NCBI GenBank assembly: GCA_021432655.1
Contig: MU271219.1
Span: 1 to 64,000 of the forward strand
Length of the DNA: 64,000 nt
Direction: 5' to 3'
DNA from: Atractiella rhizophila
Lineage: Eukaryota
Under the pieces are notes generated by a model that searched no databases, had not been told where the DNA came from, and was given only the letters and a program-made list of their open reading frames with translations. The position numbers were made by a program, and so were the translations under genes. Below are positions 1 through 11,053 of the stretch, in pieces; within the stretch, counting starts at the first letter, position 1; the number at the start of each line of letters is the position of its first letter.

Positions 1-750
1 TGCATCGAATAGGGATTGCGGAAGAACCGAACTGCGACTCCTGCGGCATGAGGGATACGGTCACCCACCTCTTTTTTGAATGTGAGGAGCATGAGGAAGA
101 AAGAAGAAAACTTAGAAGGAGACTCGCGAAAAAGGATGTTCGTTTCAGATCCCTGGGCGACCTGCTGAGCGAACCGGAGGCGACGCAGGCGGTATGGGAA
201 TTCATTAGACGGAGCGGGAAATTCAAGTTATGGATCACAAGGGCGCAGAGGGTTTTGGATAGAAGAAAGGCAAAAAGGAAACAAACGGCGGAGGCAAGAG
301 GAGAAAAGGATGACAGCAGGGAGGATTGGGAAGATTAAAGACAACAAGTTACGTCCAGATTTTTCACTTCCGAACTGAGGCACCTTTTGCAGGAACCCAA
401 CGTGCGACGAAGGTCGGAACTCATTTCACCTACATACGGGTCCCCAAGGAGGAACGCAATCTGCCATTCAGCATCTTCTAAGCATAATTTACCTCACACA
501 AATAGCCATCGCGATTCAGTAACCCCCCACTCGGTCTTACTTCCACCAGTACCATAACATTATAAGGGGATTGTTGGGGGCCTTTTTCTTTACACATTAC
601 ACGCATACTTCGCTTAGTTAACCCATTCATGGCCAATTTCACCTCGTAAACCGTGTTTCTTTTTAATAATGTGATATCCCCCAGAATGTAGAGCTACGTT
701 GACTATAGTCTGACAGCTCTGAAATATGATCACAACAACAACAACAACAA
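1..750 (+). mobile_element. 3' end of a non-LTR (LINE, Tad1-like) retrotransposon: C-terminal CCHC region of ORF2, 3' UTR and (CAA)n tail
   Basis: Frame 3 reads HRIGIAEEPNCDSCGMRDTVTHLFFECEEH...LGDLLSEPEATQAVWEFIRRSGKF and stops at 338. This is the CxxC...H...C knuckle typical of fungal LINE ORF2 ends. The 3' UTR ends in CAA repeats at 731-750. Confidence 0.85.
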
Positions 751-1571
751 ATCTATATGCACTCTCTAGTCGCAGTGCGCTGTTGCAGATATATATGTGG
801 TTGAACAGATAGTATCAATAGACCCTGGGTGATGTAGATGAAATGTGAAAGAACGTCGTACGTGGGTTAGTTCTGCTTAGAGTATCATGGGGTTTCTATG
901 GTCATTGTGGACCACCGCTATATAGAAGCATGATAGCAAAAAACGGAAGCGACGGCACGAGGTCAGTTGTACCTCGACCTCTCATGCTTATAATTCACCA
1001 GTCGCCCTGTGGCTCTTTCAAGGATATTAAAGATAACGCACTGTGGTTGTTTATGTAAATGTAAGAATTATGCTTGAGGTGAACCACTGTGGGACGAGTT
1101 ATCTAACGCGTTGTATCTACCTGAAAATCACTTCATTCAGCTTGCGTTGCGCTTTGAAACCCCCTCGTGCAAGGAAGTGCATTGAGAACATGATGTAGCC
1201 TGCAGTTAGAGCGGTGGAATCGAGAGTGGTCTAGGGAATCTTGTTCTGCGTGATGTTACGATAAGCCATTCTCGCCTGAATACTATCGGTGAGACAGGGT
1301 CTTTCTTCATCTAAAGAAAAGGCTTCTCCAATTATTCTCTCATCATATGCCGATTTGAAACGAAAATGTTACAATTTGGGTTTATTGTTGAATATGCGGC
1401 GCCTTGTGGTTTCTCTAACGCACGACGACAATCGGAAGAGCAGCTGCAACAATGATTAATATTCATTGAAGACAGTTGCCTTCAAATGCTGCCGTAATTT
1501 CGCCCATATATCTGTCTAAATTGGTTGGCAATCGCAACTATCCTCCAGTTATGTCTCTACCTCATTAGAAC

Positions 1572-3136
1572 ATGGAAGGAGTTCCAGTTTGTGCTGAGTT
1601 GCTCCTACCGCCCGTCACATTCCCTTGTTCCTTTTTCGTCAAATACGACCACCTCGTGCTCCTCCTCTACAATATCGCAAACACAAGGTCTCAAAATACC
1701 ACAAATATTTTAATAAATACCGCGGTTTGGTTCAAACATACCCAGAAATGGAAGAACAAGTCGTTGTAGTTAGAGGTTCACGTGAGGACAGAAAGCAGCG
1801 AGCTGCACCTATTGAGGAAGGGAACAAAGCAGTCTCATATCTGAGCGACAAAGGTGACCGGGAAGTGGGAAACAGAAAAATTTGTAGGACGATTTCGAGG
1901 AGATAGAGTTGGTGGGTAAGGGTTACAGTGGAGTTGTACGTGTTTTCCCTCGCTTGATTGAAGAACGGAGTGAATGATGAATGGATTTGTCAGGTATCTC
2001 TTGTAAAGCACATCGGGAGCGGAAAGGCGTACGCGATGAAAGTGTTGAGGAAACGTCGCGTCCTGCAGTTTGGCCAGCTTCGCTGCACCATGGATGAGAA
2101 AAGAATCCTTCAACTCATGGTCGACAAACCTTTCATCGCAAAGCTTCAGTGGGCATTCCAAGTAAGCTGTCTTTCTCCATATGTGCATTCAAACAATTCC
2201 CAGGACTCGGAGCGTCTCTATCTTGTCCTCGAATTGTTGGTAGGGAACGTATGTTGTTTTTCTCATTTCATTGCTTTTAAAAACTGTTTTACATACAGAG
2301 ACCTTTCGAACCTAATGGCTCAACTGAGACGATCTTGGTGCATGCCCTCATTGTTTCTTCCAACCTAGTTCCCTGAGGACAAAGTTGTGAATACGGTCGC
2401 ACAAGATCTTCTTCGTGGATTATTAAAGAAATCTCCTACGCAGCGATACTCAGAAAATAGTATTCGGTGCCATGCATATTTTTCACGCGTGAGATGGGTA
2501 GAGTGCGTGTTTCATCTCAAACCCAAACCAGCTTTGCTCATCTTGCTTAAGGTCTCCCAAAAACGATATACGCCACCTTGGATTCCGAATATCGACAAAT
2601 CGAATGTTTCTGTTTTGGACACACGGAACTTTCAGCTCGACGACGAAGAACCTGACCCTGAACCTGACTTGGGCTTCCCTCCAGAAAGCTCGACTGCTTC
2701 GCAAGGCAGAGATGTCTTTAGAGGCTTTTCATTCGATCAGGCCGATTCAGCAAGAAGTACAGGGACATCTGGTTCCACTTCCCCCGTCCTTCCTGCCTGC
2801 ACACGAGAAACTCAGTTCCATCGCGAAGACGCAGTCGTCTCCTTAGCCGCACCACGGCTTTTCACCACCAGAAATTCTCTTGAACGCCGCCGAGGGTCGG
2901 CTCAGGAGACAGCGAAGGAGGGAATGCCAGGGCCAAATGGGAAGGAGAACCATCTGGGAGGTGCAATTCTTGACGGAGTTTTGGGACGCATGGTCGAACC
3001 GGAGAAGAATGTCGTGAGCTATGACGTTCTCGAGGACGAACAAGTGGAGAGAATCCTGCGGAAGAGAAAGCGAGCAGGTGTCAGTGCGGATGTGGCTGAT
3101 TTACCGGTCAAGAGGACTAAATTCGAACATGTCTAG
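1572..3136 (+). CDS. AGC-family Ser/Thr kinase-like gene lacking subdomains VI-VIII (pseudokinase or pseudogene); 5' end uncertain
   Basis: Spliced exons give DDFEEIELVGKGYSGV|VSLVKHIGSGKAYAMKVLRK...DEKRIL...PFIAKLQWAFQ|DSERLYLVLELLVGN|RPFEP...AQDLLRGLLKKSPTQRY...YTPPWIP...FRGFSF (AGC hydrophobic motif). No HRD, DFG or APE motifs are present. Confidence 0.75.
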
Positions 3137-3505
3137 AAGTCCGCTAGTTAATAGAAAGGCAGGATTGGGAACCAAAGGCGGGAATCAATCTCAATTATTG
3201 CAAGGCTTATACTGTCGGGATGTAGATATGGAAAGCAGATGATTAACCTTTCTTGGGGCAGGTTTTCTGGGGTCCATTCACAAAACGAATATGTATTGAT
3301 AATCTTTGAGTACTGACTGCTATTACATATGCACTGAATACTGGAAAGAGAGAGATTATCGACGATAAATCATGTCTGCTGTGAACGATGCCTGGGCCGA
3401 AATGGCGAAAAGAGTAATACGCTCCGAGAAGTTGGTGAAAGTCACTACAAAGGCTACTGAATCTGATCCTCAAGCGGCTGTACCGATGTGTTCAGATAGA
3501 GAATC

Positions 3506-6081
3506 CTACGTCGACGCTTGATCCTTCTTCACATCTTGTCCAGTCCCGGAAGAATCTAGCAGTTCAGCGCCAGTCAAAAATCCTAACGGCGCAGGAGGAG
3601 CGAAGAGATCCTCCGTCGGCGACTGGTTGGGAGAAGGGTTAGATTGGGGTCCAAACAAACCTCTGACGCGATTTCCTATACCAGAGAGAGGAGACGACGG
3701 CCTGGAGATTTTTCCTGTTTGAGGCGGAGCAGGTTGGGTAGTCGAGTGCGAATGTCCTGACTGGGAACCTGACGAGTTCCTCACGCTTCCATCCAGGGCA
3801 ACGTTCGATGTTTCCCAGGTGTGAGGAGGAACCCAATCTAGCCCATCATCCTCCACGTCGGATTCAGGAGCCGTGCGTGGCCTCCATCTTTGGATATCCT
3901 TCTGAAAGGGAAGAGAAGCGACAGGAGTCCTGGGAGAGATGTGCAGTTGAGGAGAAGACTGAGGCCTCTGGGCTTGAGGATCCATTGCAATAGTTTTTGA
4001 CTGCGCAGGATGGGAAGCGTAAGGATGGGAAGGAAGAATAGCAGAATCCGTCTCTCGTTCCTGTTCTTCGACGACCACATAGCCCAGAGAAGCCGATCGC
4101 CCAAACTGAAGCGCAGGTAAGCAGCGGTTCGACTCCGCCTGGTCTGAAAATGCAAGGCTGACCTCATTGGCCCTCCCATGCCAACTTCCTTTCCTCCCAC
4201 TAGTACCTGGATCACTTCCATTCACCTTCCTCACAAATTCTTTGGAACTTGGACGTCTACTTCCTGGAGGGCTGCCTACGAGGGTGTCCGGTCCACTGTC
4301 CTTCCTCGGAGGGAAGGAGTAGGGTAAGCGAGAAGAAGAAGGCATAGATACGTTTTTATCAGGGAATCCCGGATTGGGAGAGGTGATTGAGTAGTTTGAA
4401 AATGAGGGACTATCCGGAGGGGTACCGAATGGCGCATTCGGGGTACGGATCCAAGATGGATCTCGAGGAGATCCAGACGGTCTAACCGAGCCAAGGTGAA
4501 CTTGGTATTCTCCCACGTTGGTTATTGGAAGAGACGCATCCGAACACTTCCTGTCCCGTTGGCTGTTGCCGTCATAGATTGAAAGGCTCTCTGGATTTTG
4601 ATACAGGGGTATTGCAGATGGACGACGCTTTTGTTCCACCGTTGGGCCAGTGTGTGGAGGATCAATGATTGCTGTAGAGGTAAAGTTAGAGACGGAATGT
4701 TTCGTTGAGTACGCCCTGACAGAGAAGATGATGCGAGAGATGAAGATTTGTGTGAGGACGAAGGAAGGTAACATGTTCAACATCCTGTCATCGATGTTAC
4801 AGACATAGAACGACATGAGGAGAAACGAACTTGTATGGAAACTGTCCAGGCTGCAAGACCAATACGACATTCACGAAATTGATAAGACAGATTGTCTAAA
4901 TCACACGTCAGACTCAGGTCGTAAAACGTCAAACATTCAACTCACGAGAACGTAAACTACTTGATTGTTCTTGATTTTGTCCATAACTTCATTCCTAATG
5001 GCGGGGAAGTCTCGTACTTCCTGCAAAATTCATCGTGCTCAGCAATAGACTTGGGAACCAAAAGAGGGAAACGAACCTCCCACCGTTCAAAACACTTCCA
5101 AATTGTCAAACCAAGAAGAATATGATGATAAACCGAAGGAACGACGAATGTGAGAGCGAAAAGTTTGGACGAAGGAAGGAGAAGGCAAGTTGAAGAATTA
5201 TTGCCGGGAACTTCGATCAAATAAGCTGAACTTCCCTTCTGAGTGCATATTCGAGGGAAGGCAGTGAATACTCACGTTGCACAGAAAAATCAGCTACTAG
5301 TTCTACATGTCTCAGATGAGCCAATTTCAAGCAAACCGGAAGAAATGACCAACCGATAACTGCACTTAAGGCACCTCCAACAAAACAAAAAACGACGTAT
5401 TTGTTGCCTCGATCCACGTATAGCGCACGAATCCTCAACGACATGATGATGTGCGTCCCAATGCTAAGGAAAGTGAAACCGAACGGCCACAGGCGGAGAA
5501 GAGAACATGAGAGACGAGCAGAATCTGTAGGCGAGGGTTGGTGCGAGATCACGAAGAAGATTGTATAGAGAAAGATGACGACGAGGCAGGTGTAGCTGTC
5601 AATTCATGTTAGCGGCCGCATATGGGTGTTTTCAACTGTTATGGCCACGCAACGAGCAATAGACGGTATAATGGACGTGGAAAGAAGAAGTGGTTTACTG
5701 CTCCGGAGGGATGACGTAAAGGAGAACCGTGAAGAACAGGGCTGGTCCTCTTCTCAAGCCTCTACATGCCCAACTGTAGAATAGAGAAAAGCACTAGATT
5801 TTCAAAGCAAGGATTTCCCCTTTCCTCTATTGCTCAGAACACATTCCGTTCTCTTTCGTCCTGCGAAACGAAACAGAGATCACTCACCGACTCCCCAACA
5901 CGGTAGCTCTCATAGCACCCTTCCCATCCCAAATCCACCTCCTCTCCCTGCCAAAGTTGCTTCCCCAATCCCAAAGCGCCACGGCGAGGGTTGCGGTCAG
6001 AGTCAAGGTGTGAACGTAATCGATCTCCAACGGCGACCTTGCTGACGGGTTCTGAAGGAGGAGAGGAGGTAAGAAATCCAT
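3506..6081 (-). CDS. Multi-pass membrane protein (DUF6533-like N-terminus) with long Ser/Pro-rich cytoplasmic tail, multi-exon
   Basis: N-terminus MDFLPP...TATLAVALWDWGSNFGRERRWIW matches the xxWDxxxxxxxExxxIW pattern. Hydrophobic exons follow (IMSLRIRALY; LGLTIWKCF), then a 454-aa low-complexity last exon. Confidence 0.7.
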
Positions 6082-9038
6082 CTCTGCTGCATTCCTGTCA
6101 GTGGTAAGCGCTGAGGATGATGTTGTGGAGAAAGGGGTATTAAAGGGGGACGTATTGAGGGTGTGATGGACGATGGACACCAAGTGAACGCGTCAAAAAA
6201 TAATGAGAACTGAGCTTGACTTCTGGAACCAAATCAGCGGTCAGATCTGTGTCGATCTCCCAAGATCTCCCGATCTGCACTTTCTTTCCGCAAAGTTGGG
6301 ACTGTTTCTATTGCTGCTGCTGCCAAGAGCAATCAAAGAAGTAGGTAAGCCCTTCAATGCCTTCAATGCAATCCTGTCATTCGTTTTTCGACTTCCAACT
6401 CCCCCAGGCAAACCTCCACAGACTCGTTCGTGAAGGTACATAAGGTCCTGGGGGATAGGAAGGCGTGATCTTCCAATTTGGAACTCATTTCAGCCTTCTC
6501 CAGCCTCGTCCTTCCTGTTGGATCAGGATGGATTTCGGCGTGGTCAAGGCGTGTTGTTGCAACGGAGCGTTGTACGTCAGAACGTCGAAAATGTGGAGAA
6601 GAAGCAGAAGACGAATCTGGAGAGGAGCTTAGAACACCTTGGGTTCAACTTGGTTCGTGGCCAAAGGAACTACACCGGCAGCTTGCAACGACTGAATCTG
6701 ACTGAACGAGGAGAGACGAAGGACGAAAGCTTTTTGGACTAGACTCGGAAGGCCAGAGGGAGAACGCCTCTATCGGGAGCCTCAGAAGGACACCAGTGTA
6801 TTCGAGGTCGCAGTAGGCGTTTACGCTGCTACAGTAGTTGAAAGTTGAACAACCAAGCTAACAGAAATGCGAGGCGGAGGGTGCTGACGACAGCAACTCG
6901 AAGTTGTCAGAGTATAGATGCCAAGCTGACAAAAATAACGAAACGGATTCGCAGAGCTCTGGAACAAGAACGCTCGTTGATGGGCCACGTAGACGACAAG
7001 ATTATTACGTTAGCATGAAACGACAGTGTGCATCCGAGAACAGCTCCTGGTGACGATAGTATGGCCAAAATTATGAGAAATGGAAATTTGATGGGTTTTT
7101 CTTAGATCCGTGGATGACCCAAGTGTGAGGAGAGCAGAGAACTCTGGTTCAGAGCGGCGTCCTTTGTGGCAAAGAGAGAAGGTACTGCAACCATTCATTC
7201 CAGAACTGGTTTATTGTCATCAACCTTCCTCGGCTGCTTAAGAAAATGTTCAACGAATGACAGCGATTGCACCGGAGCTGCAATGAGATGCAGGAGCTGA
7301 CTAGTCATTTTTTCATACCAATCTTTGCACGATGTATTCTGGACTCGTCTAACGATTATTTTTATGAGAACAATCTTGCCATTTGACCACTTCCCGCTTC
7401 TTGTGGTTATCGTTAAGAAGATCAAAAGGAGAATAAGTAGCCTATGAAATGGTTCTCTCTTCTCCCCTCGTGTACCCAACCTCTTTCCATGATGTAGAAT
7501 TAGAATCCACAGGCAGAACTTATCGCCAAGGTGGCTTCATATGTTCAGAAACGCTTCGAATTCGTGGCTTTGCAAGCTGCTCTTTTCAGCCTTCCGCACA
7601 CCTGGTCTTTTTAACTAGATTTGCTATTACGATGCTAGCGTCCCAGAAGACTGAGTCGTAGCCATAAAAGCGCTCATGGAGTCCGTTATAGGGGCCAAAA
7701 ACCTGACCGCCACCTTCTATGGGACCCACATATTGCACGGGCACTAAGAAAGACTATGAAGGGGCTTGTAATAGTACCACCAGCGCATAGCGGTGTCGCA
7801 GCCATGAAATCCTGAGTGTGAAGTCGGTTCGGGTAAGCTTATGCTACAATTTTTATCCAAGCAAAAGAGCTTATAAAAGGTCAAACTTTCATTAATAATT
7901 CAGGCACAAATATAATTGACGAGTTAACGTGGAACCCAACACGTGCCCTCCATTTGTTCTTTCAAATTGCTACCAACTCGTGGCAAGTGAAACCTCTACC
8001 GACTAGACCTCTGAGCGACAGAGGATAGATTATACAGTACGTTATTTTTTCGCTATTCCCGTGCCCCAGTCGCCTTGAGGGTTCCACCACTCAACCACCA
8101 GATAATGCATCGACTCAAATCAGGACTCAAATGACTGTTTTTGTAAGGCATGACGCGGTGGGCAACCAACAACAATTATGCACTATGTCCCATCACCATC
8201 GACCTTGACGTACTGTAGCTAATTATTTTCACGTTCGATTTGCTTGAACAGTGCGTGAGCACGCAAGACGACTAGTAACTTGTAGCCAGACAAAGCAACG
8301 TCGCGTCGAGATAACCCTGCGAAGCGAAAGCGCACCAGAATATCCTTTAGTCGCGTTCCACCATGTCCCACAAACCCAAAGTCATCTGCAGCCCACTAGG
8401 CTCAAGCAGTCATCTAAATAGTCAGTCATCCAAATTGTCATCTTTCTAGCTTCAAGCCATCCATCTCACTCACAGCCTTCTAACCAAACAAAGCTAACAA
8501 AGCTCAGGATGATAGATGATTAGATTTGAGCATTGTCGCCTGGCCCATCGTTACACGAAGGCGTCGTCATGTCAGTGTAGTAACAAAATTAGGTGAGTGG
8601 TTGTGTCTAACGGGGGTAGTGTAATTCCAAGTTCTAACTTTTTGGTGTCATTACCAACGATGATTTATACTCTTTGATTTGATGAATCAAAGCTTTCCTT
8701 GCCATCGGAGATAGATTTGTTTGTGTGTAAAATTACACATCACGACTTCAGCAAAGCAGATGGTGGTGTTTGAAAGTCGAAGAGGCTCCAAACGTTGAAA
8801 GATGCTTCGAGAGAAAGAATATTGTGTCCAGCTCGGCGGGAGTGTATCGTGCTTAAAGTTGCGTACAGTTGCAATCTCACTCGCAATGCTGGTTGTGAAA
8901 ACTCAACGCTCAACGTTGCTATCGCCCCAAGCTATGTGATGCATTGCTATGCTGTCTGATGTTAAACTGTTACCCGATGCGTTCTTCAGTTCTGTCACTA
9001 CTGCACAATAATAAGATGAAAATGTGTTCTTCTCCGGC

Positions 9039-9544
9039 CTAGAACCGGAAGGATATTTGTGCTTTCCAAAAATCTATCCTCCCACAGACGTCCACCCCTT
9101 CAAACACTCCCGCAAACAGTGAAACTTTCGACCTGTCAACCTTGCTAGAGGCTGCGCTGAGGGTAGCCGTTTGACCTGGTCCGCTGATAACATGCCGCTC
9201 AGCCAAAGATTCCGCGGGGAGCTCGATGCTCAGAATATTGGTAACATTGTCGATCCCGTCGCAGGTTTCTGAATCCTACAGGAGGAATGAGTATGAGATG
9301 TGAGGTCAGAATTGAAAGAGCTTACGAGAGTGCGAAATGTTGCTCCGACAGCATTTACAGGATAAGGAATGTAGTTGCTGAAACCGCAGAATCCGTTAAT
9401 TGGAGTTGGGTCGTTCACGACATCTTCGATGGGGAAAGAATTAGGGCAGTCCATTTCGGATTGACGCGTCACTCTTGCTCCTTGAGCTCTTTCAATAGCG
9501 GATGTGATGCAAGCGAGGAGGGTAACAACATGGAGAGCCAACAT
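9039..9544 (-). CDS. Small secreted protein with 4 conserved Cys; exons 9544-9326 and 9275-9039
   Basis: Signal peptide MLALHVVTLLACITSA. A 50-nt GTAAG...TAG intron joins GATFRTL to DSETCDGIDNVTNILSIELP...GPGQ...VDR...VCGRIDFWKAQISFRF*. Confidence 0.75.
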
Positions 9545-10048
9545 GATGCAAGCTTGTGGAAACGAAAGGAGAGCTGAAGCAATCCCTTTTAAAGATGTTG
9601 TTCTGCGGCACTGACAGGTGAAAAGTTCAGAAATTTCATTCACTCCTTAGGACCGAATGCTGAGGCACTAGTATTACGATGCACATGTAGTGTGGGGTGA
9701 AGACTCCACCTCCTCCAACCATTGCAATTGCGTCGAAGCTCAAGAAGTAGACTACCCGGTCGTAACTTCGCACATTCCGCGACATAACCCCTCGGAATGC
9801 TTAGAAAACCTTCTGGCAATGGTGCTTGTAACAGATGCGTACGTGTACAATATCTAAGCTGTATAGTAGGGCGAATCAGGGGCAACAGGAAACATCCTTC
9901 GTTCTCCTGGCCAATTGAATGAGCAGCGCGAAGCGGGATAACTAGCGGATGGGAGGCTTGTGCGAGACTTTATCAGTGGAGTGAACTCACTACTATATCT
10001 ACTCCTCAAAATCAGCAACGAACTCCAACCACCTCGCCATATAGACAG

Positions 10049-10504
10049 ATGAAGGCTTCTTTCTCTCTCCTCCTCTTAGGAGCCGGACTGGCATCAGCAC
10101 AAACCTCTTGCCCGTCCTCTCACATACCAACCATCCAAAGAATTCCTCTCACAAATGGCACCGTGTACTGTCAAATATCTGAACTGATCAAGATCCCTGC
10201 TGGAACTCAAAATGTGAAATTCACAACCATCGTACGTTCTCATTCTGTCCTGCCAAGGAGGTTCTATAATTTGATGGCGCAGCATCGTACAACCTGTGAA
10301 CCTATTCCTCAGGTGCATAACGAACTCACTGTCCTCCCTACTGGTGTACCGTCAGAGAGCGACAGCGCGCTGGGTCCCGGATTCGCCTCCGTTGGGATAC
10401 CTGGCGAAGAAGTGCCATATGATCGAGCGGTTATTCGCGTTGTCGACCAGGATGCAAATTGTGATGGGAATGCCAATTGGGCTGTGCAGATTATCTTTGA
10501 GTAA
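10049..10504 (+). CDS. Small secreted protein with 4 conserved Cys; intron 10232-10282; paralogue of 9039-9544
   Basis: Signal peptide MKASFSLLLLGAGLASA, a TATA-like TATAT upstream, and a 51-nt GTACGT...CAG intron at the same position as in the neighbouring gene. Confidence 0.8.
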   Translation: MKASFSLLLLGAGLASAQTSCPSSHIPTIQRIPLTNGTVYCQISELIKIPAGTQNVKFTTIVRSHSVLPRRFYNLMAQHRTTCEPIPQVHNELTVLPTGVPSESDSALGPGFASVGIPGEEVPYDRAVIRVVDQDANCDGNANWAVQIIFE

Positions 10505-11053
10505 TGTTGCGCGATTATTTCAATGGAAACGATGCTGGTCTTTCACCAACTGAGGCCAAGAATTCCCAGTCTGAGACAGCATCTTTCTGCTGGTTCCCCC
10601 TATAATAAGGTAATCAATGTTGCGACAGTAGCAAGTACAAGCCAAGTGCTCTTTCTTCTTACTCTAAGCCTCATTAGGAGAGATTTCTTCGGTGACTGTG
10701 CTGCCAGGATTTAGAAGACCGTCATGACATAGCGAGCGTTCACACTAGGCATTCCAAGAAACATTTTCAAAGCAGAATCAAAACAAAGCCGGGAGATGAC
10801 TTAGAAACATTAGAGACAACAAGAACCCATATTTCCCCCTCTCGGAAAGCAGAATCCAAAGGCAAGCCCAATTCGTCATCTATTAGGGTATTTGTGATGA
10901 GGGAGTGATCATGTTGTAATCGTAGAGACAAGTAGGAGCGGGTTAGTAACGTGATAGGTGGTATATTCAGAAGGACCAGATTTTCTCGAAGAGACCAAGC
11001 TCCATTCCGAACATCCGGATCATCGATAGCCGTTGAAGCGAGAGCGACAACGG

